Assembly: GCA_028870845.1 (NCBI GenBank)
Contig: JAGWOR010000006.1
Location: forward strand, 12,065-76,064
Length of the DNA stretch: 64,000 bases
Source of the DNA: Gammaproteobacteria bacterium
GTDB taxonomy: Bacteria; Pseudomonadota; Gammaproteobacteria; Natronospirales; REEB76
Direction: 5' to 3'
Part shown: positions 36,905-48,375 of the stretch, piece after piece
How the letters are laid out: the number at the start of each line of letters is the position of its first letter
Position numbering within the stretch: position 1 is the first letter of the stretch
The notes under the pieces: generated by a model
What the model saw: only the letters and a program-made list of their open reading frames with translations
Told to the model about the DNA's origin: nothing
The model's database searches: none
Made by a program: the position numbers and the translations under genes

Positions 36905-37813
36905 ATGCAAGACAGCGAGTTCCAGAATGTGGCGACCTATCTGCATGCGCTGCAGGATCGCATCACCCAGGAACTGGAAAAACTGGACGGCAAGCAGCAC
37001 TTCCAGCGTGATTCCTGGAAACGCGCGGAGGCGGGCGGTGGCGACACCCGTGTCTTGCGTCATGGCGGAGTGTTCGAACAGGCAGGCATCAATTTTTCCA
37101 GCGTACAGGGAACCAGCTTACCGGCTTCGGCCACAGCCCACCGGCCACAGCTGGCGGGGCGCAACTGGCAGGCCATGGGGGTCTCGCTGGTGCTGCACCC
37201 ATGGAATCCCTATGTGCCCACCAGCCACATGAATGTGCGGTTTTTCGCGGCCTCCAAGCCAGGCCAGCAGACCATTTGGTGGTTCGGTGGCGGGTTTGAC
37301 CTCACGCCCTATTACGGATTTGAGGAAGATGCACGACATTGGCACCGCACGGCGAGGGCCGCCTGTGAACCTTTTGGTGCCGAGGTATACCCGCGCTTCA
37401 AAAAATGGTGTGATGAGTATTTTTACATCCGCCACCGCAATGAAGCCCGCGGCATCGGCGGCCTGTTTTTCGACGATCTGAATGCCTGGGGTTTCGAACG
37501 CAGCTTCGAATTTCTGCGCAGCATCGGCGATCACTTCCTGCCGGCCTACCTGCCGATCCTGGAAAAGCGCAAGCTCACCCGCTACGCTGAACGCCAGCGT
37601 GAGTTTCAGCTCTACCGTCGCGGGCGCTACGTGGAATTCAATCTGGTATACGACCGCGGCACGCTGTTCGGACTGCAGTCCGGCGGCCGGACTGAGTCCA
37701 TACTCATGTCCATGCCACCACATGCGTGCTGGCAGTATGCTTTTAAACCTGAAATTGGATCACCGGAAGCTGAACTTTATGAAAAGTTTCTGCCACCCAG
37801 GGACTGGCTGTAA
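36905..37813 (+). CDS. hemF: Oxygen-dependent coproporphyrinogen III oxidase
   Basis: Motifs [25 protein letters not shown] and [10 protein letters not shown]. Confidence 0.9.
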   Translation: MQDSEFQNVATYLHALQDRITQELEKLDGKQHFQRDSWKRAEAGGGDTRVLRHGGVFEQAGINFSSVQGTSLPASATAHRPQLAGRNWQAMGVSLVLHPWNPYVPTSHMNVRFFAASKPGQQTIWWFGGGFDLTPYYGFEEDARHWHRTARAACEPFGAEVYPRFKKWCDEYFYIRHRNEARGIGGLFFDDLNAWGFERSFEFLRSIGDHFLPAYLPILEKRKLTRYAERQREFQLYRRGRYVEFNLVYDRGTLFGLQSGGRTESILMSMPPHACWQYAFKPEIGSPEAELYEKFLPPRDWL

Positions 37814-37852
37814 TGTTGCTTTTAAGGTGTGACACAGCGAGGCTGGCGCGAC

Positions 37853-38275
37853 ATGAATAAAACTCCGCCGTTCCATTTGGCATTTCTGGTCACAGACCTG
37901 GAAGAGGCGCGAAAATTTTACGCAGACCTGTTGGGCTGCCCCACGGGGCGGGAATCCGAGCGCTGGATCGACTTCGACTTCTACGGCCATCAGCTCGTGG
38001 CCCATCTGGCATCATCAGAACCCGCCATTGCCACCAATCCGGTGGACGGCAAACAGGTGCCGGTACCGCATTTCGGCGTGATCGTGGAGTGGCACGAATG
38101 GCATAGACTGGCTGACCGGCTTAAGGCTGCCGGCATCCATTTTCTGATTGAGCCCGGAATTCGTTTTCAGGGCCAGGCAGGCGAACAGGCGACCATGTTT
38201 TTCAAGGACCCCAGCGGCAACGCCCTGGAATTCAAGACCTTTCGCGACCCTGCACAGATATTCGCGCGCGGCTGA
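37853..38275 (+). CDS. VOC/glyoxalase-family protein
   Basis: From the Met at 37853: [28 protein letters not shown]...PSGNALEFK. The beta-alpha-beta-beta-beta signature is visible. Confidence 0.6.
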   Translation: MNKTPPFHLAFLVTDLEEARKFYADLLGCPTGRESERWIDFDFYGHQLVAHLASSEPAIATNPVDGKQVPVPHFGVIVEWHEWHRLADRLKAAGIHFLIEPGIRFQGQAGEQATMFFKDPSGNALEFKTFRDPAQIFARG

Positions 38276-38305
38276 GATTCCCGCATCGATCTGTTGGCCG
38301 GGGTT

Positions 38306-38671
38306 TCAGATCCCAAACTGACCGGCGATCACGCCGGATACCACCAGCGCCAGCACCAGCAGGCCGATGCCGGCATACAGCCAGTCTCGGGCACGGGCAC
38401 TGACATACACGCCGGCCAGGAGCCGCGCCATGGGCGTGAGCAACAGCACCACGATAGCCACATCCAGGAATGCATCGCTGTGCAGGCGGACGCCGCGCCT
38501 GATGGCCTGTCGCAGGATTTCCCACAGCGAGCCGCGCGGAGGTTCCGGCAGGCGGACGCCGTGCAGGAAAAACATCGCCAGCCCGACCATGATCAGCAAC
38601 AGGCAGGCGCCGATACTGGTGCGCAGAATCCAGGTATTCAACAGACGGCGTTCACGCACCAGCTGGTTCAT
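38306..38671 (-). CDS. DUF1634-like membrane protein
   Basis: 121 aa, 3-4 TM segments. Overlaps the stop of the upstream TauE/SafE gene, the usual pairing. Confidence 0.5.
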   Translation of the reverse strand: MNQLVRERRLLNTWILRTSIGACLLLIMVGLAMFFLHGVRLPEPPRGSLWEILRQAIRRGVRLHSDAFLDVAIVVLLLTPMARLLAGVYVSARARDWLYAGIGLLVLALVVSGVIAGQFGI

Positions 38672-39504
38672 AGATTAAATACTCCCTTGAGCAGCATTTG
38701 CAGGGCCACCAGCAGGATCACTGCGGCGAACACCTTGCGCATGATGGCTACCGGCAGGCTCTTCACCAGGTGACTGCCTACGTAGCCGCCGGTGATCATG
38801 CCCAGGATCACCGCACCGGCCGTCACCGGCTGCACGTCGCCATGGGACAGATAAAAGCCCGCACTGGTGGCGGCGGTCACTCCGATCATGAAATTGGAGG
38901 TGGCGGTGGACACCCGGAAGGGCAGTTTCATTACCCGGTCCATGGCTAAGACCTTGAAGGCACCCGAACCGATGCCCAGCAGCGCCGACAGAAATCCCGC
39001 GCCGATCATGATGCCAAAGCCCGGAATCACGCCCACTACCTGGTAATCAATCCGCTCGCCGCCGAACTTGTAGCTGCTGGCCAGGCGCAGTCGTTTTGCC
39101 AGTGGCGAGCTGTAGCGCGCGCCGGCGAAATCGCTGTGCTGCGGCATGAAGGCCATGATCGCCGAATAGCCGAGCACGATGCCGAACACTGCAAACAGCA
39201 AGCGAGCCGGCAGATGATGCGCCACCATGGCACCGGCCAGCGCGCCGCTGGAAGCGGCGATCTGCAGGAACAGGGCGGCACGCATGTTGCTCAGGCCGGT
39301 ACCCACAAAGCGCGGCGCGGAACCGGTGGAGGTGGCGATGATGCCCAGCAGGCTGACGCCCACTGCTTCCGAAATGGGGATATGGAACACCAGCGTGAGC
39401 AGCGGCACGATTACGAATCCGCCGCCGAGTCCGGTGAGTGACCCCACAACACCGCCGGCCAGGCCCCCCATCAGGATCACTGCAACAATCAGAGTCACCG
39501 ACAT
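38668..39504 (-). CDS. TauE/SafE (DUF81) family sulfite/anion exporter
   Basis: 278 aa, about 8 TM segments, with Gly-rich repeats (LTGLGGGFVIVPLL). Confidence 0.75.
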   Translation of the reverse strand: MSVTLIVAVILMGGLAGGVVGSLTGLGGGFVIVPLLTLVFHIPISEAVGVSLLGIIATSTGSAPRFVGTGLSNMRAALFLQIAASSGALAGAMVAHHLPARLLFAVFGIVLGYSAIMAFMPQHSDFAGARYSSPLAKRLRLASSYKFGGERIDYQVVGVIPGFGIMIGAGFLSALLGIGSGAFKVLAMDRVMKLPFRVSTATSNFMIGVTAATSAGFYLSHGDVQPVTAGAVILGMITGGYVGSHLVKSLPVAIMRKVFAAVILLVALQMLLKGVFNL

Positions 39505-39563
39505 TGTGGAATTGGAATCAGGGGCGCGAAAAAGGAGCGCGGATTATACAATGCTGAAGGGCT

Positions 39564-40145
39564 TCAACGGCGCACTCTATGCACGAAGCAGGATTCAAGG
39601 TGATCATTGACCAAGCCGGTAGCCTGCATGAAAGCGTAGCAGATGGTGCTACCGACGAATTTGAAGCCGCGGTTTTTGAGATCCTTGCTTAAGGCGTCCG
39701 ACAGTTTTGTGCGTGCCGGTATCTGCCGCAGGCTGCTGCGCCGTTTATGGATCGGCCTGCCGCCGACGAACTCCCAGATGTAGGCATTGAAACTGCCAAA
39801 TTCTGCCTGTACCCGGAGAAATGCCCGGGCATTGATGACGGCGGCCTCGATCTTGAGTCGGTTGCGCACGATGCCGGCGTCCTGCAGCAGGCGTCGCCGG
39901 TCACGTGAAGTGAAACGCGCAACTTTGCGCGCATCAAACCCTGCGAAGGCCCGGCGGTAATTCGCGCGTTTGTGCAGGATCGTGGACCATGACAGGCCCG
40001 CCTGGGCGCCCTCCAGTATCAGGAACTCATACCAGCGTCTGTCGGTGCGCACCGGCACGCCCCATTCGCGGTCATGGTAGTCACGGTACACGGGATCGCT
40101 GTCCAGCGCCGCCCAGGTACAGCGTTTAAGCGGCTTGCGCTTCAT
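39564..40145 (-). CDS. tag: DNA-3-methyladenine glycosylase I
   Basis: CTWA...YRDYHDREWGVP and EGAQAGLSWSTIL. Confidence 0.85.
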   Translation of the reverse strand: MKRKPLKRCTWAALDSDPVYRDYHDREWGVPVRTDRRWYEFLILEGAQAGLSWSTILHKRANYRRAFAGFDARKVARFTSRDRRRLLQDAGIVRNRLKIEAAVINARAFLRVQAEFGSFNAYIWEFVGGRPIHKRRSSLRQIPARTKLSDALSKDLKNRGFKFVGSTICYAFMQATGLVNDHLESCFVHRVRR

Positions 40146-40630
40146 GCTGGCAAGGTCGGGGGCTTGCCGCCCACTTGCACACCCAGATACCAGCGCTCAA
40201 ACGCTGAAGCGTTTGCGTGACCTTCAGGCGGCGCCCAGCTTGCATAGTCCCGTTCAAAGGTTGGCAGGTAAGGGCCGCACTTCACTTCCAGCACCACCGT
40301 GGCTGGCGACAGGCTGGCCACCGCGTGCCAGCTGCCGGCGGGGCTTTCCACGCCGGCGACTTCACCGCTGGCCGCCAGCCGCGTGCGCGCCAACACGCTG
40401 CCATGCTCGTCGAAACCCAGCACCAGCATTTCACCCTGGATGATCAGCAGCAATTCCCATGTATTTGGGTGGCGATGAGGACGAACGTAGGTGCCAGGCT
40501 CCATGGCCATGCACATGCGCTGCACGCTTTCCTGGTGCGAGGCGTGCAGATTGTAGTGCGTACGCAACCGCGGTGAGGCGAGCGCGCGTGAATGCAGGCT
40601 GGCAAGCAGTGTACGGTCAAGCATTTTCAT
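40142..40630 (-). CDS. Cupin-fold metalloprotein (WbuC-like)
   Basis: 162 aa. YVRPHRHPNTWELLLIIQGEM and GSWH are cupin motifs. 4-nt overlap with tag. Confidence 0.55.
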   Translation of the reverse strand: MKMLDRTLLASLHSRALASPRLRTHYNLHASHQESVQRMCMAMEPGTYVRPHRHPNTWELLLIIQGEMLVLGFDEHGSVLARTRLAASGEVAGVESPAGSWHAVASLSPATVVLEVKCGPYLPTFERDYASWAPPEGHANASAFERWYLGVQVGGKPPTLPA

Positions 40631-40746
40631 GCTGGATGGCCTCGGGGAAAAGACGAACGGCCGGTATTATAGATGCAGCCCCGGCATGGCCTGCGCGCCA
40701 GTCACTCAATTACCGCCGGGTGGCACATTATCCGGCCGCATGCATC

Positions 40747-41460
40747 TCAGGTAACCCACTGCACCATGGACAGGATGTGCTGTTCCATGTCGTTCATGGG
40801 CATGCCGGTACTGGCGAGGATGGCGATACTGCCGCGACCCATGGGCTCAATCATGCAATGGTAGCCCTGGGTGTCCATCTGCATGCGTTTGTCCACATGC
40901 ACATGCGGCATAAGCAGCAAGGTTACCGCACCATGCGGCGTCATCATGACCAAATGCGCGCCCATGTGGTCATGCATGCGGAAGGTGCCGGCATAGGTGA
41001 TTGGCCCCATGCTGCCCTGCAGCCTGGCACCCACGCGCTCCAGTACTGCGTTAACGGCATCAGCATCCACCGGCGTGGTGCTGGCGATTTCCGGTGACTG
41101 CTGTATGACGTGTTGCACCATAGCCTCCGCCAGCGGCATTTCACTTTGCCGGGGAAGCATGCGCCAGGCACCAACTCCGAGGCCGACTGCAAGCACCAGG
41201 CCCGCGGCGGCGGCCAGCCAGCGGTAAGCGGGGCGGGGCGCGTGTCGGAAGGCGGTATTGAACACAATGCGCGCTTCCAGCCCCTCCGGCACCTCCATAT
41301 CCAGCGCCGGTTTCAAGCGCGCATCCAACTCCAGCATTTCTTTCATGAAGGCCGCGCAACCGGCACATGCCTTGCAATGTTCCACCACCGCCGGGTCGCG
41401 GCAATGCGGCTCGGCGCCCAGGGTGCGGCGCACTTCGAGGCAATTGATGGCGGCGCTCAT
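40747..41460 (-). CDS. Anti-sigma factor (zf-HC2 N-terminus, one TM, DUF3379-like periplasmic domain)
   Basis: N-terminal C...H.C..C..C motif and TM segment WLAAAAGLVLAVGLGVGAW. Overlaps the upstream ECF sigma stop. Confidence 0.65.
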   Translation of the reverse strand: MSAAINCLEVRRTLGAEPHCRDPAVVEHCKACAGCAAFMKEMLELDARLKPALDMEVPEGLEARIVFNTAFRHAPRPAYRWLAAAAGLVLAVGLGVGAWRMLPRQSEMPLAEAMVQHVIQQSPEIASTTPVDADAVNAVLERVGARLQGSMGPITYAGTFRMHDHMGAHLVMMTPHGAVTLLLMPHVHVDKRMQMDTQGYHCMIEPMGRGSIAILASTGMPMNDMEQHILSMVQWVT

Positions 41461-41969
41461 GCGGTTCCCTCCCCCATACGGGCGGTATTTCCGTCCAGCA
41501 GCTCACGCAGTTGCTGACGGGCTCGGTACAGGCGCGTCAATACGGTCGCCTGGGTCAGCTCAAGTTGTTCGGCGATTTCCCCGGTGCTGCAACCCAGGAG
41601 CACCTGCAACACCAGCGGCTCGCGGTACTCGGGCGCAAGCTTGAGCATGGCCCGGCGCACGTCGTGCATGTCGGTGTCGTCGCCGCCCAGGCTGGCGCGA
41701 TTATCTGCCAGCGCCTCTTGCTCGATATCCACTGTGTCCTTGCGCTTGGAGAGCTCTCGTAAGAACTCACGCCTTACAATCGTGATCAGCCACTGGCGGG
41801 CGGCATTTTCATCGCGCAACTGATCCAGGGAGCGCCAGGCGCGCAACAGGGTTTCCTGCACCAGGTCCTCGGCCAGGGTCTTGTCGCGTGACAGCCAGTA
41901 AGCATAGCGGTACAGGCTGGGCACCAGGGCGCGCGCCAGAAGCTCGAAGCGGTGTTGTCGTACCGGCAT
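41457..41969 (-). CDS. ECF (sigma-24 family) RNA polymerase sigma factor
   Basis: 170 aa. Region 2 (AEDLVQETLLRAWR...WLITIVRREF) and region 4 (STGEIAEQLELTQATVLTRLYRAR). Confidence 0.85.
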   Translation of the reverse strand: MPVRQHRFELLARALVPSLYRYAYWLSRDKTLAEDLVQETLLRAWRSLDQLRDENAARQWLITIVRREFLRELSKRKDTVDIEQEALADNRASLGGDDTDMHDVRRAMLKLAPEYREPLVLQVLLGCSTGEIAEQLELTQATVLTRLYRARQQLRELLDGNTARMGEGTA

Positions 41970-42156
41970 GTAGTAAAGACCCTTCTAAGCTTGGTTTTAT
42001 TACCCGACAGGCCGAGCGGCCGGCAACCCAAGCAACCAGTATAATCAAGACCCTGGAACATCCGGGTCGCCGCCACCCGTATTCAAGGCCTGTGAGCGGA
42101 GCCGGCCTGGATTTCAAGCTTGCAGAGGACAGCAGCATGTTACAGAGGACATCTAG

Positions 42157-43170
<1,014 letters not shown>

Positions 43171-43249
43171 AGCCACAACTCAAACCGGGACCACAACCAA
43201 GAATATCGGCAGCACGAATTGCTGCTGGTGGAATTGCCGGGGAAGTTCA

Positions 43250-44071
43250 ATGTCACAGGCAGCTGCGCGTTACGCCATCATCGGTCATCCGGTAGCCCAC
43301 AGCCGATCACCGGAAATCTTCGCGGAGTTTGCCCGCCTTACCGGCCAGTCCGTCCAGTACACGCGCATCGATGCCGATCCCCATGGTTTCACCGCGGCGC
43401 TGCGGGAATTTCTCGAAACCGGTGGCCTGGGCTTGAATGTCACCGCGCCTTTCAAGGAAGAAGCCTTCGCCATTTGTCATGCGCACACCTCCAGAGCCAG
43501 GAAATCCCGTGCCGTCAACACCATCTCGGTGCGCGATGGCGGCAAGCTCCTGGGTGACAATACCGACGGGGTCGGGCTGGTTAAAGATCTCAGGGACAAC
43601 CACCGGGTGGCGATGAAGAATGCCCGCATTCTGATGCTGGGCGCGGGTGGCGCGGCACGCGGGGTGCTGCCGTCCTTGCTGGCGGAAAAGCCGGCCCTGG
43701 TGCATATCGCCAATCGCACCGCAGCGCGCGCCGTGAAATTGGCCAACCAGCATTCCGCCGAGCGCGTTATTGGCAGTGGCTTTGATGGGCTTCGCCGGCT
43801 GGGCTTTGATCTGGTTATCAACGCAACTTCTGCGAGTCTCGGCGGCGAACTGCCGCAACTGCCGCATGACTGCCTGAATCCCAGCGCAGTTTGCTACGAC
43901 CTCACCTACAGTGACCGTCCTACCCTGTTTATGCACTGGGCCGTGCAGGAAGGCGCTGCCACGGTTCTGGATGGCTGGGGCATGCTGGTGGAACAGGCTG
44001 CGGAAACTTTCTACCTATGGCGCGGGGTACGGCCATCAACGGCGACGCTGCTGGCTGTGCATCTGACCTAG
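43250..44071 (+). CDS. aroE: Shikimate dehydrogenase
   Basis: Motifs YAIIGHPVAHSRSPEI, LNVTAPFKE, NTDGVG and LGAGGAARG. Confidence 0.85.
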   Translation: MSQAAARYAIIGHPVAHSRSPEIFAEFARLTGQSVQYTRIDADPHGFTAALREFLETGGLGLNVTAPFKEEAFAICHAHTSRARKSRAVNTISVRDGGKLLGDNTDGVGLVKDLRDNHRVAMKNARILMLGAGGAARGVLPSLLAEKPALVHIANRTAARAVKLANQHSAERVIGSGFDGLRRLGFDLVINATSASLGGELPQLPHDCLNPSAVCYDLTYSDRPTLFMHWAVQEGAATVLDGWGMLVEQAAETFYLWRGVRPSTATLLAVHLT

Positions 44072-44072
44072 C

Positions 44073-46706
44073 GTGGGCAAATCCAGTTTCGTCATCGCCA
44101 TCGCCACCGCCGCACTGACCGTGGGTGTCTGGGCATGGCTCAACCAGCCGGAGCATGAACCGCCGTGGCCGGCGACCATACAGGGATTTGCTTTTTCACC
44201 TTTCCGCGCCGGTGAAGATGCGGTTACCCACAAACTGCCGACGGATGCGGAAATCGCTGCCGATCTGAAGCTGCTGGCCGGAAAAACCTACGCGGTGCGC
44301 ACCTACACCGTGGAAGGCACACTGGCCGACATTCCGGCATTGGCACGCAGATACCACATCAACGTGGCTTTGGGCGCCTGGATCGACAAGGACCAGAAAC
44401 AGGACGCGGCCAATGTCGCCCGCGCCATCGCCATCGCCAAATCCAATCCCAATGTAGTGCGCGTCATCATCGGCAACGAAGCGGTGCTGCGCGGTGACGT
44501 TTCCAGTGAAGAACTGATCCCCTACCTGGATGAAGCGCGCGCGGAAATACAGCAGCCGGTGAGCACCGCCGAGCCCTGGTACACCTGGCTCCAGCACCCG
44601 GAACTGGTGGCGCATGTGGACTATATCGCGGTGCACATGCTGCCTTATTGGGAAGGCATAGGAGTGAATCAGGCCGTGCCCTATATCGCGGCACGCATGC
44701 GTGACCTGAAAAAGACCTATCCGCACAAGCCCATCGTCATCGCCGAAGTCGGCTGGCCCAGCGACGGCCGTTCGCGGCATGCAGCCGTGGCGTCCACTGC
44801 CAATGAAGCCGCGTTTCTGCGGCGTTTCCTGGCCTATGCCGCATCCCAGCACTGGACCTATTACATCATGGAGGCTTTTGATCAGCCCTGGAAGCAGCAA
44901 ACCGAGGGCGCGGTGGGCGCCTACTGGGGTGTGTACAACGTCTATCGCCAGCCCAAATTCACTTTCACCCGGCCAATTGTGCGCATCCCCCACTGGCAGT
45001 TGCTGGCGGCCGTCTCGGTGGTCATCGCGGTGCTGCTGCTGACCTTGCTGTATTGGGATAGCCGCACGCTCAAGAAGCGAGGCCGGAGTTTTCTGGCAAT
45101 CATTGTGTACACAGTGACCACCGCCATCGTTTGGGTGATCTACGACTATTCCCGCCAATACCTCACCCTCACCAGCGTGGCGGTGGGATTACTGGTTTTC
45201 CTGGGCATGCTCGGGGTCATCCTGGTGCTGCTTGCCGAGGCCCATGAATGGGCCGAGGCCCACTGGATCACCATGCGACGACGCCTGTTCGAACCACCCC
45301 AGCTGCACGACGACGAATTGCCGCTGGTGTCCGTGCATGTACCGGTCTATAACGAACCGCCGGAAATGCTGAACCAGACCCTGGATGCGCTGGCGGCGCT
45401 GGATTATCCGCGCTTCGAGGTGCTGGTGATCGACAACAACACACGGGATGAAAGCGTATGGCGCCCGGTACAGCAGCATTGCCAGAAACTGGGGCGACGT
45501 TTCAATTTCTTCCACGTTGCGCCGCTTAGCGGCTTCAAGGCCGGCGCGCTGAATTTCGCCCTGCGGCATACCTCGGCGGATGCCAGAGTGATCGCTGTGA
45601 TCGACAGCGATTACCAGGTGGATGCCTGCTGGCTGAGGGAATTGGTGCCGTTGTTCAGCCATGCAAATATCGCCGTGGTCCAGGCACCCCAGGATTACCG
45701 TGATGCCGACCTCAACGCCTTCAAGGCCATGTGCTATGCCGAGTATCGCGGGTTTTTCTATATCGGCATGATCACCCGTAACGAACGCAACGCCATCATC
45801 CAGCACGGCACCATGACCATGATCCGCAGGCAGGAGCTGGATATCCTGCATGGCTGGGCGGAATGGTGCATCACCGAGGATGCTGAATTGGGTTTGCGCG
45901 TGTTCGCGGACGGCCTGGAGGCTGCCTATATACCGCGCAGCTACGGCAAGGGGCTGATGCCGGATACTTTCCTGGACTTCAAAAAACAACGTTTCCGCTG
46001 GGCCTATGGTGCCGTGCAGATATTGCGCCGGCACGCCGGGTTACTGCTGGGAGGTTCCGGCCGGCTCACGCCGGGCCAGCGGTATCACTTCCTCGCCGGC
46101 TGGCTGCCATGGCTGGCGGACGGGCTCAATCTGCTGTTCAACCTGAGCGCCCTGGTCTGGTCGCTGGCCATGATCGATTTCCCGCATAAGATCGATCCGC
46201 CGATGCTGATGGTCTCGGCGCTGCCTTTGGCCCTGTTCACCTTCAAGATTACCAAGCTGGCATACCTGTATCGCACACGCGTCGGTGCCAACGTGCGCCA
46301 GACTCTGGCAGCCGCGCTTGCCGGGCTGGCACTGACCCATACCATCGGTCTGGCGATACTCAGCGGCCTGATTACAAGAAATCGGGCATTTTTCCGCACC
46401 CCCAAACAGACGCACACTCATGCACTATTACACTCCCTGAGCGCCAGCCGCGAGGAAATCCTGCTGATGCTGGCGCTGTGGTTGAGTGCAGTGGCGGTTT
46501 TCATCCAGGTGGGCACCGGCATGCGCGATCTGACGCTCTGGGTGATCGTCCTGCTCATTCAGTCGATCCCCTATTTCGCCTCGTTGCTACTGGCGATATG
46601 TTCCGCGTTACCGGCCCTGCCGGCCAGGATCATCGGCCGCGCGGACGACATGGAATTGCTGGCCCAATCGGTGCTCGAGTCGGAAACCCTGGAACTCAGA
46701 AACTGA
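44073..46706 (+). CDS. Fused glycoside hydrolase family 17 / glycosyltransferase family 2 membrane protein (NdvB-like beta-1,3-glucan synthase)
   Basis: 877 aa. GH17 motifs (VIIGNEAVL, IAEVGWPS), central TM segments, GT2 motifs (VSVHVPVYNEP, IDSDY, VQAPQ, QRFRWAYG) and C-terminal TM segments. The architecture matches P. aeruginosa NdvB. Confidence 0.75.
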   Translation: MGKSSFVIAIATAALTVGVWAWLNQPEHEPPWPATIQGFAFSPFRAGEDAVTHKLPTDAEIAADLKLLAGKTYAVRTYTVEGTLADIPALARRYHINVALGAWIDKDQKQDAANVARAIAIAKSNPNVVRVIIGNEAVLRGDVSSEELIPYLDEARAEIQQPVSTAEPWYTWLQHPELVAHVDYIAVHMLPYWEGIGVNQAVPYIAARMRDLKKTYPHKPIVIAEVGWPSDGRSRHAAVASTANEAAFLRRFLAYAASQHWTYYIMEAFDQPWKQQTEGAVGAYWGVYNVYRQPKFTFTRPIVRIPHWQLLAAVSVVIAVLLLTLLYWDSRTLKKRGRSFLAIIVYTVTTAIVWVIYDYSRQYLTLTSVAVGLLVFLGMLGVILVLLAEAHEWAEAHWITMRRRLFEPPQLHDDELPLVSVHVPVYNEPPEMLNQTLDALAALDYPRFEVLVIDNNTRDESVWRPVQQHCQKLGRRFNFFHVAPLSGFKAGALNFALRHTSADARVIAVIDSDYQVDACWLRELVPLFSHANIAVVQAPQDYRDADLNAFKAMCYAEYRGFFYIGMITRNERNAIIQHGTMTMIRRQELDILHGWAEWCITEDAELGLRVFADGLEAAYIPRSYGKGLMPDTFLDFKKQRFRWAYGAVQILRRHAGLLLGGSGRLTPGQRYHFLAGWLPWLADGLNLLFNLSALVWSLAMIDFPHKIDPPMLMVSALPLALFTFKITKLAYLYRTRVGANVRQTLAAALAGLALTHTIGLAILSGLITRNRAFFRTPKQTHTHALLHSLSASREEILLMLALWLSAVAVFIQVGTGMRDLTLWVIVLLIQSIPYFASLLLAICSALPALPARIIGRADDMELLAQSVLESETLELRN

Positions 46707-48375
46707 TGATGTTGCCGATCACGATCTCGTGGCCGCTCACACCCGGGGCATTCTTCAGCGGCCATGCGATCGTGAAATAGAAAGTGTTGTCGTATGCGCT
46801 GCGGATGCTGCCGATGCGGAAACCCAGGCCGACATCGCTGTAGGTGGGACTCCAGCCGGAAGGCGAGAGTTGATGTATTTGCCCCGCGTCCGCATAGCCG
46901 ACGAATCCCAGCTGGAACAGGTTCAGGATCTGCACCGGGGTGACGATCCGGTCTTCAAAGGTGGCCTGCCAGCGGCGATCGCCGATCGCATAGTAATTCG
47001 GGTAGCCGCGCAGTCCCTGCAGGCCGCCGAGATACAGATAACTTTCCGGGTCTGGCCGCAGCACCGAATCCCACTGCACATGCCCCACCAGTGTCTGCCA
47101 GGGAAAGTATTGAGTGTAGGAAGTGAGTGCCAGGTTAGTTTGCAGATTGTGACTGACGCCATCCTGTTGACGACCATCGGCGTATGCCGAGGCCAATAAA
47201 ATGCTGTCCGCAGGTAACCGCGTGCCCCAGGAAGCCGTGACGCCATAAAACGGCGCTGACACGCTGCCACCAAAACCTCCGCCGTAATGACCAGCCTGCA
47301 GGTCCAGCTGCCAGCCCAGGTTGTAATCCTCAGTACGGTCGATATAGACCATATTGGTAAAACTGGCATACTGATCCTGAAAATATTCCCAGCTCAAACC
47401 GAGACCAGCGAGCCTTCGCGGCGCTAGCGCGGGAGGCGGCAGCAAACCAGGTGTTTGCTCCTGCAGCTGGCCATAACCGTAATCAATGTCGTTGTACAGG
47501 ATTCCGGCCCGCATGCCGCTGCTGTCGGCGGCATCCCAATATAGTAGGTGCGCCCATGACAGGTAGCGCTGATCCTGGGTGCTGGGGGTATACCAGGCAA
47601 GAGTCCCCTGGTTGTAAAAATTGAGGTTTTCCTCCTGATCATAAAAGCTGGCGGCCACCGACCACGGGGTTTGGTCCGCATAGAACGGCTGGCCGGCGGT
47701 TACGTACTTGAGATGCCCATCGGACAGATCCGCATAGGTGGCCGCCAGGTTCCAGTAACTGCCGAATAACGATGGGTCCTTGTAACTCACCAGATTGGCG
47801 CTGCGCTGCGGATCGCTGGTGTGCCCGATACTTAAAGCTTTTCCAGTACCCAGGAAATTGTCATCGGTGGCCTCGAACTGCAGGGTGTTCTGGCCGCCAA
47901 TGTGTGCAAAAGCGATGTCCAGTTTAAGCGTCCAGGCATCCTTGACTTGCACGTTGACGTCCACCACATGGTCATGACAGTTCTCCGGGCGGATGCTGGA
48001 AGCACGCAGGTACAGCAGCGCGTGCAGCCGCCGTTCACTTTCATAGATGATGAGCGGATCCACAGGATCACCGCTTTTGAACAGCAGCTGTTCACGGATG
48101 GCCCGGGGATGGGTTTCGATGTGCAGCTTGTTGGCCAGACGCGCATACCAGGTGTCCTGCTGCGGGTCGCTCAGCTCGAATACGTTATCCACGAAGATAT
48201 GCACTTGGCCGATACGATAGCCCCGGGCAGCGAGTTCGTCCCAGTCAGCGGCATCCTGCCATGGATTTGCCGAGGAAGTCAGCGGAGCCGGACAGGTGCC
48301 GGCCTGAACCAAGCCGCTGGCCAGTAATGCCAGCGCCAATAACACCACCTGCAGGCAGCCGCCGGGTAGCCGCAT
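46696..48375 (-). CDS. Omp85-superfamily outer-membrane beta-barrel with an N-terminal POTRA-like domain
   Basis: 559 aa. Signal peptide, a POTRA-like segment (YRIGQVHIFVDNVF...REQLLFKSGDPVD), alternating-pattern beta strands and a C-terminal ...GNIISF. Confidence 0.55.
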   Translation of the reverse strand: MRLPGGCLQVVLLALALLASGLVQAGTCPAPLTSSANPWQDAADWDELAARGYRIGQVHIFVDNVFELSDPQQDTWYARLANKLHIETHPRAIREQLLFKSGDPVDPLIIYESERRLHALLYLRASSIRPENCHDHVVDVNVQVKDAWTLKLDIAFAHIGGQNTLQFEATDDNFLGTGKALSIGHTSDPQRSANLVSYKDPSLFGSYWNLAATYADLSDGHLKYVTAGQPFYADQTPWSVAASFYDQEENLNFYNQGTLAWYTPSTQDQRYLSWAHLLYWDAADSSGMRAGILYNDIDYGYGQLQEQTPGLLPPPALAPRRLAGLGLSWEYFQDQYASFTNMVYIDRTEDYNLGWQLDLQAGHYGGGFGGSVSAPFYGVTASWGTRLPADSILLASAYADGRQQDGVSHNLQTNLALTSYTQYFPWQTLVGHVQWDSVLRPDPESYLYLGGLQGLRGYPNYYAIGDRRWQATFEDRIVTPVQILNLFQLGFVGYADAGQIHQLSPSGWSPTYSDVGLGFRIGSIRSAYDNTFYFTIAWPLKNAPGVSGHEIVIGNIISF

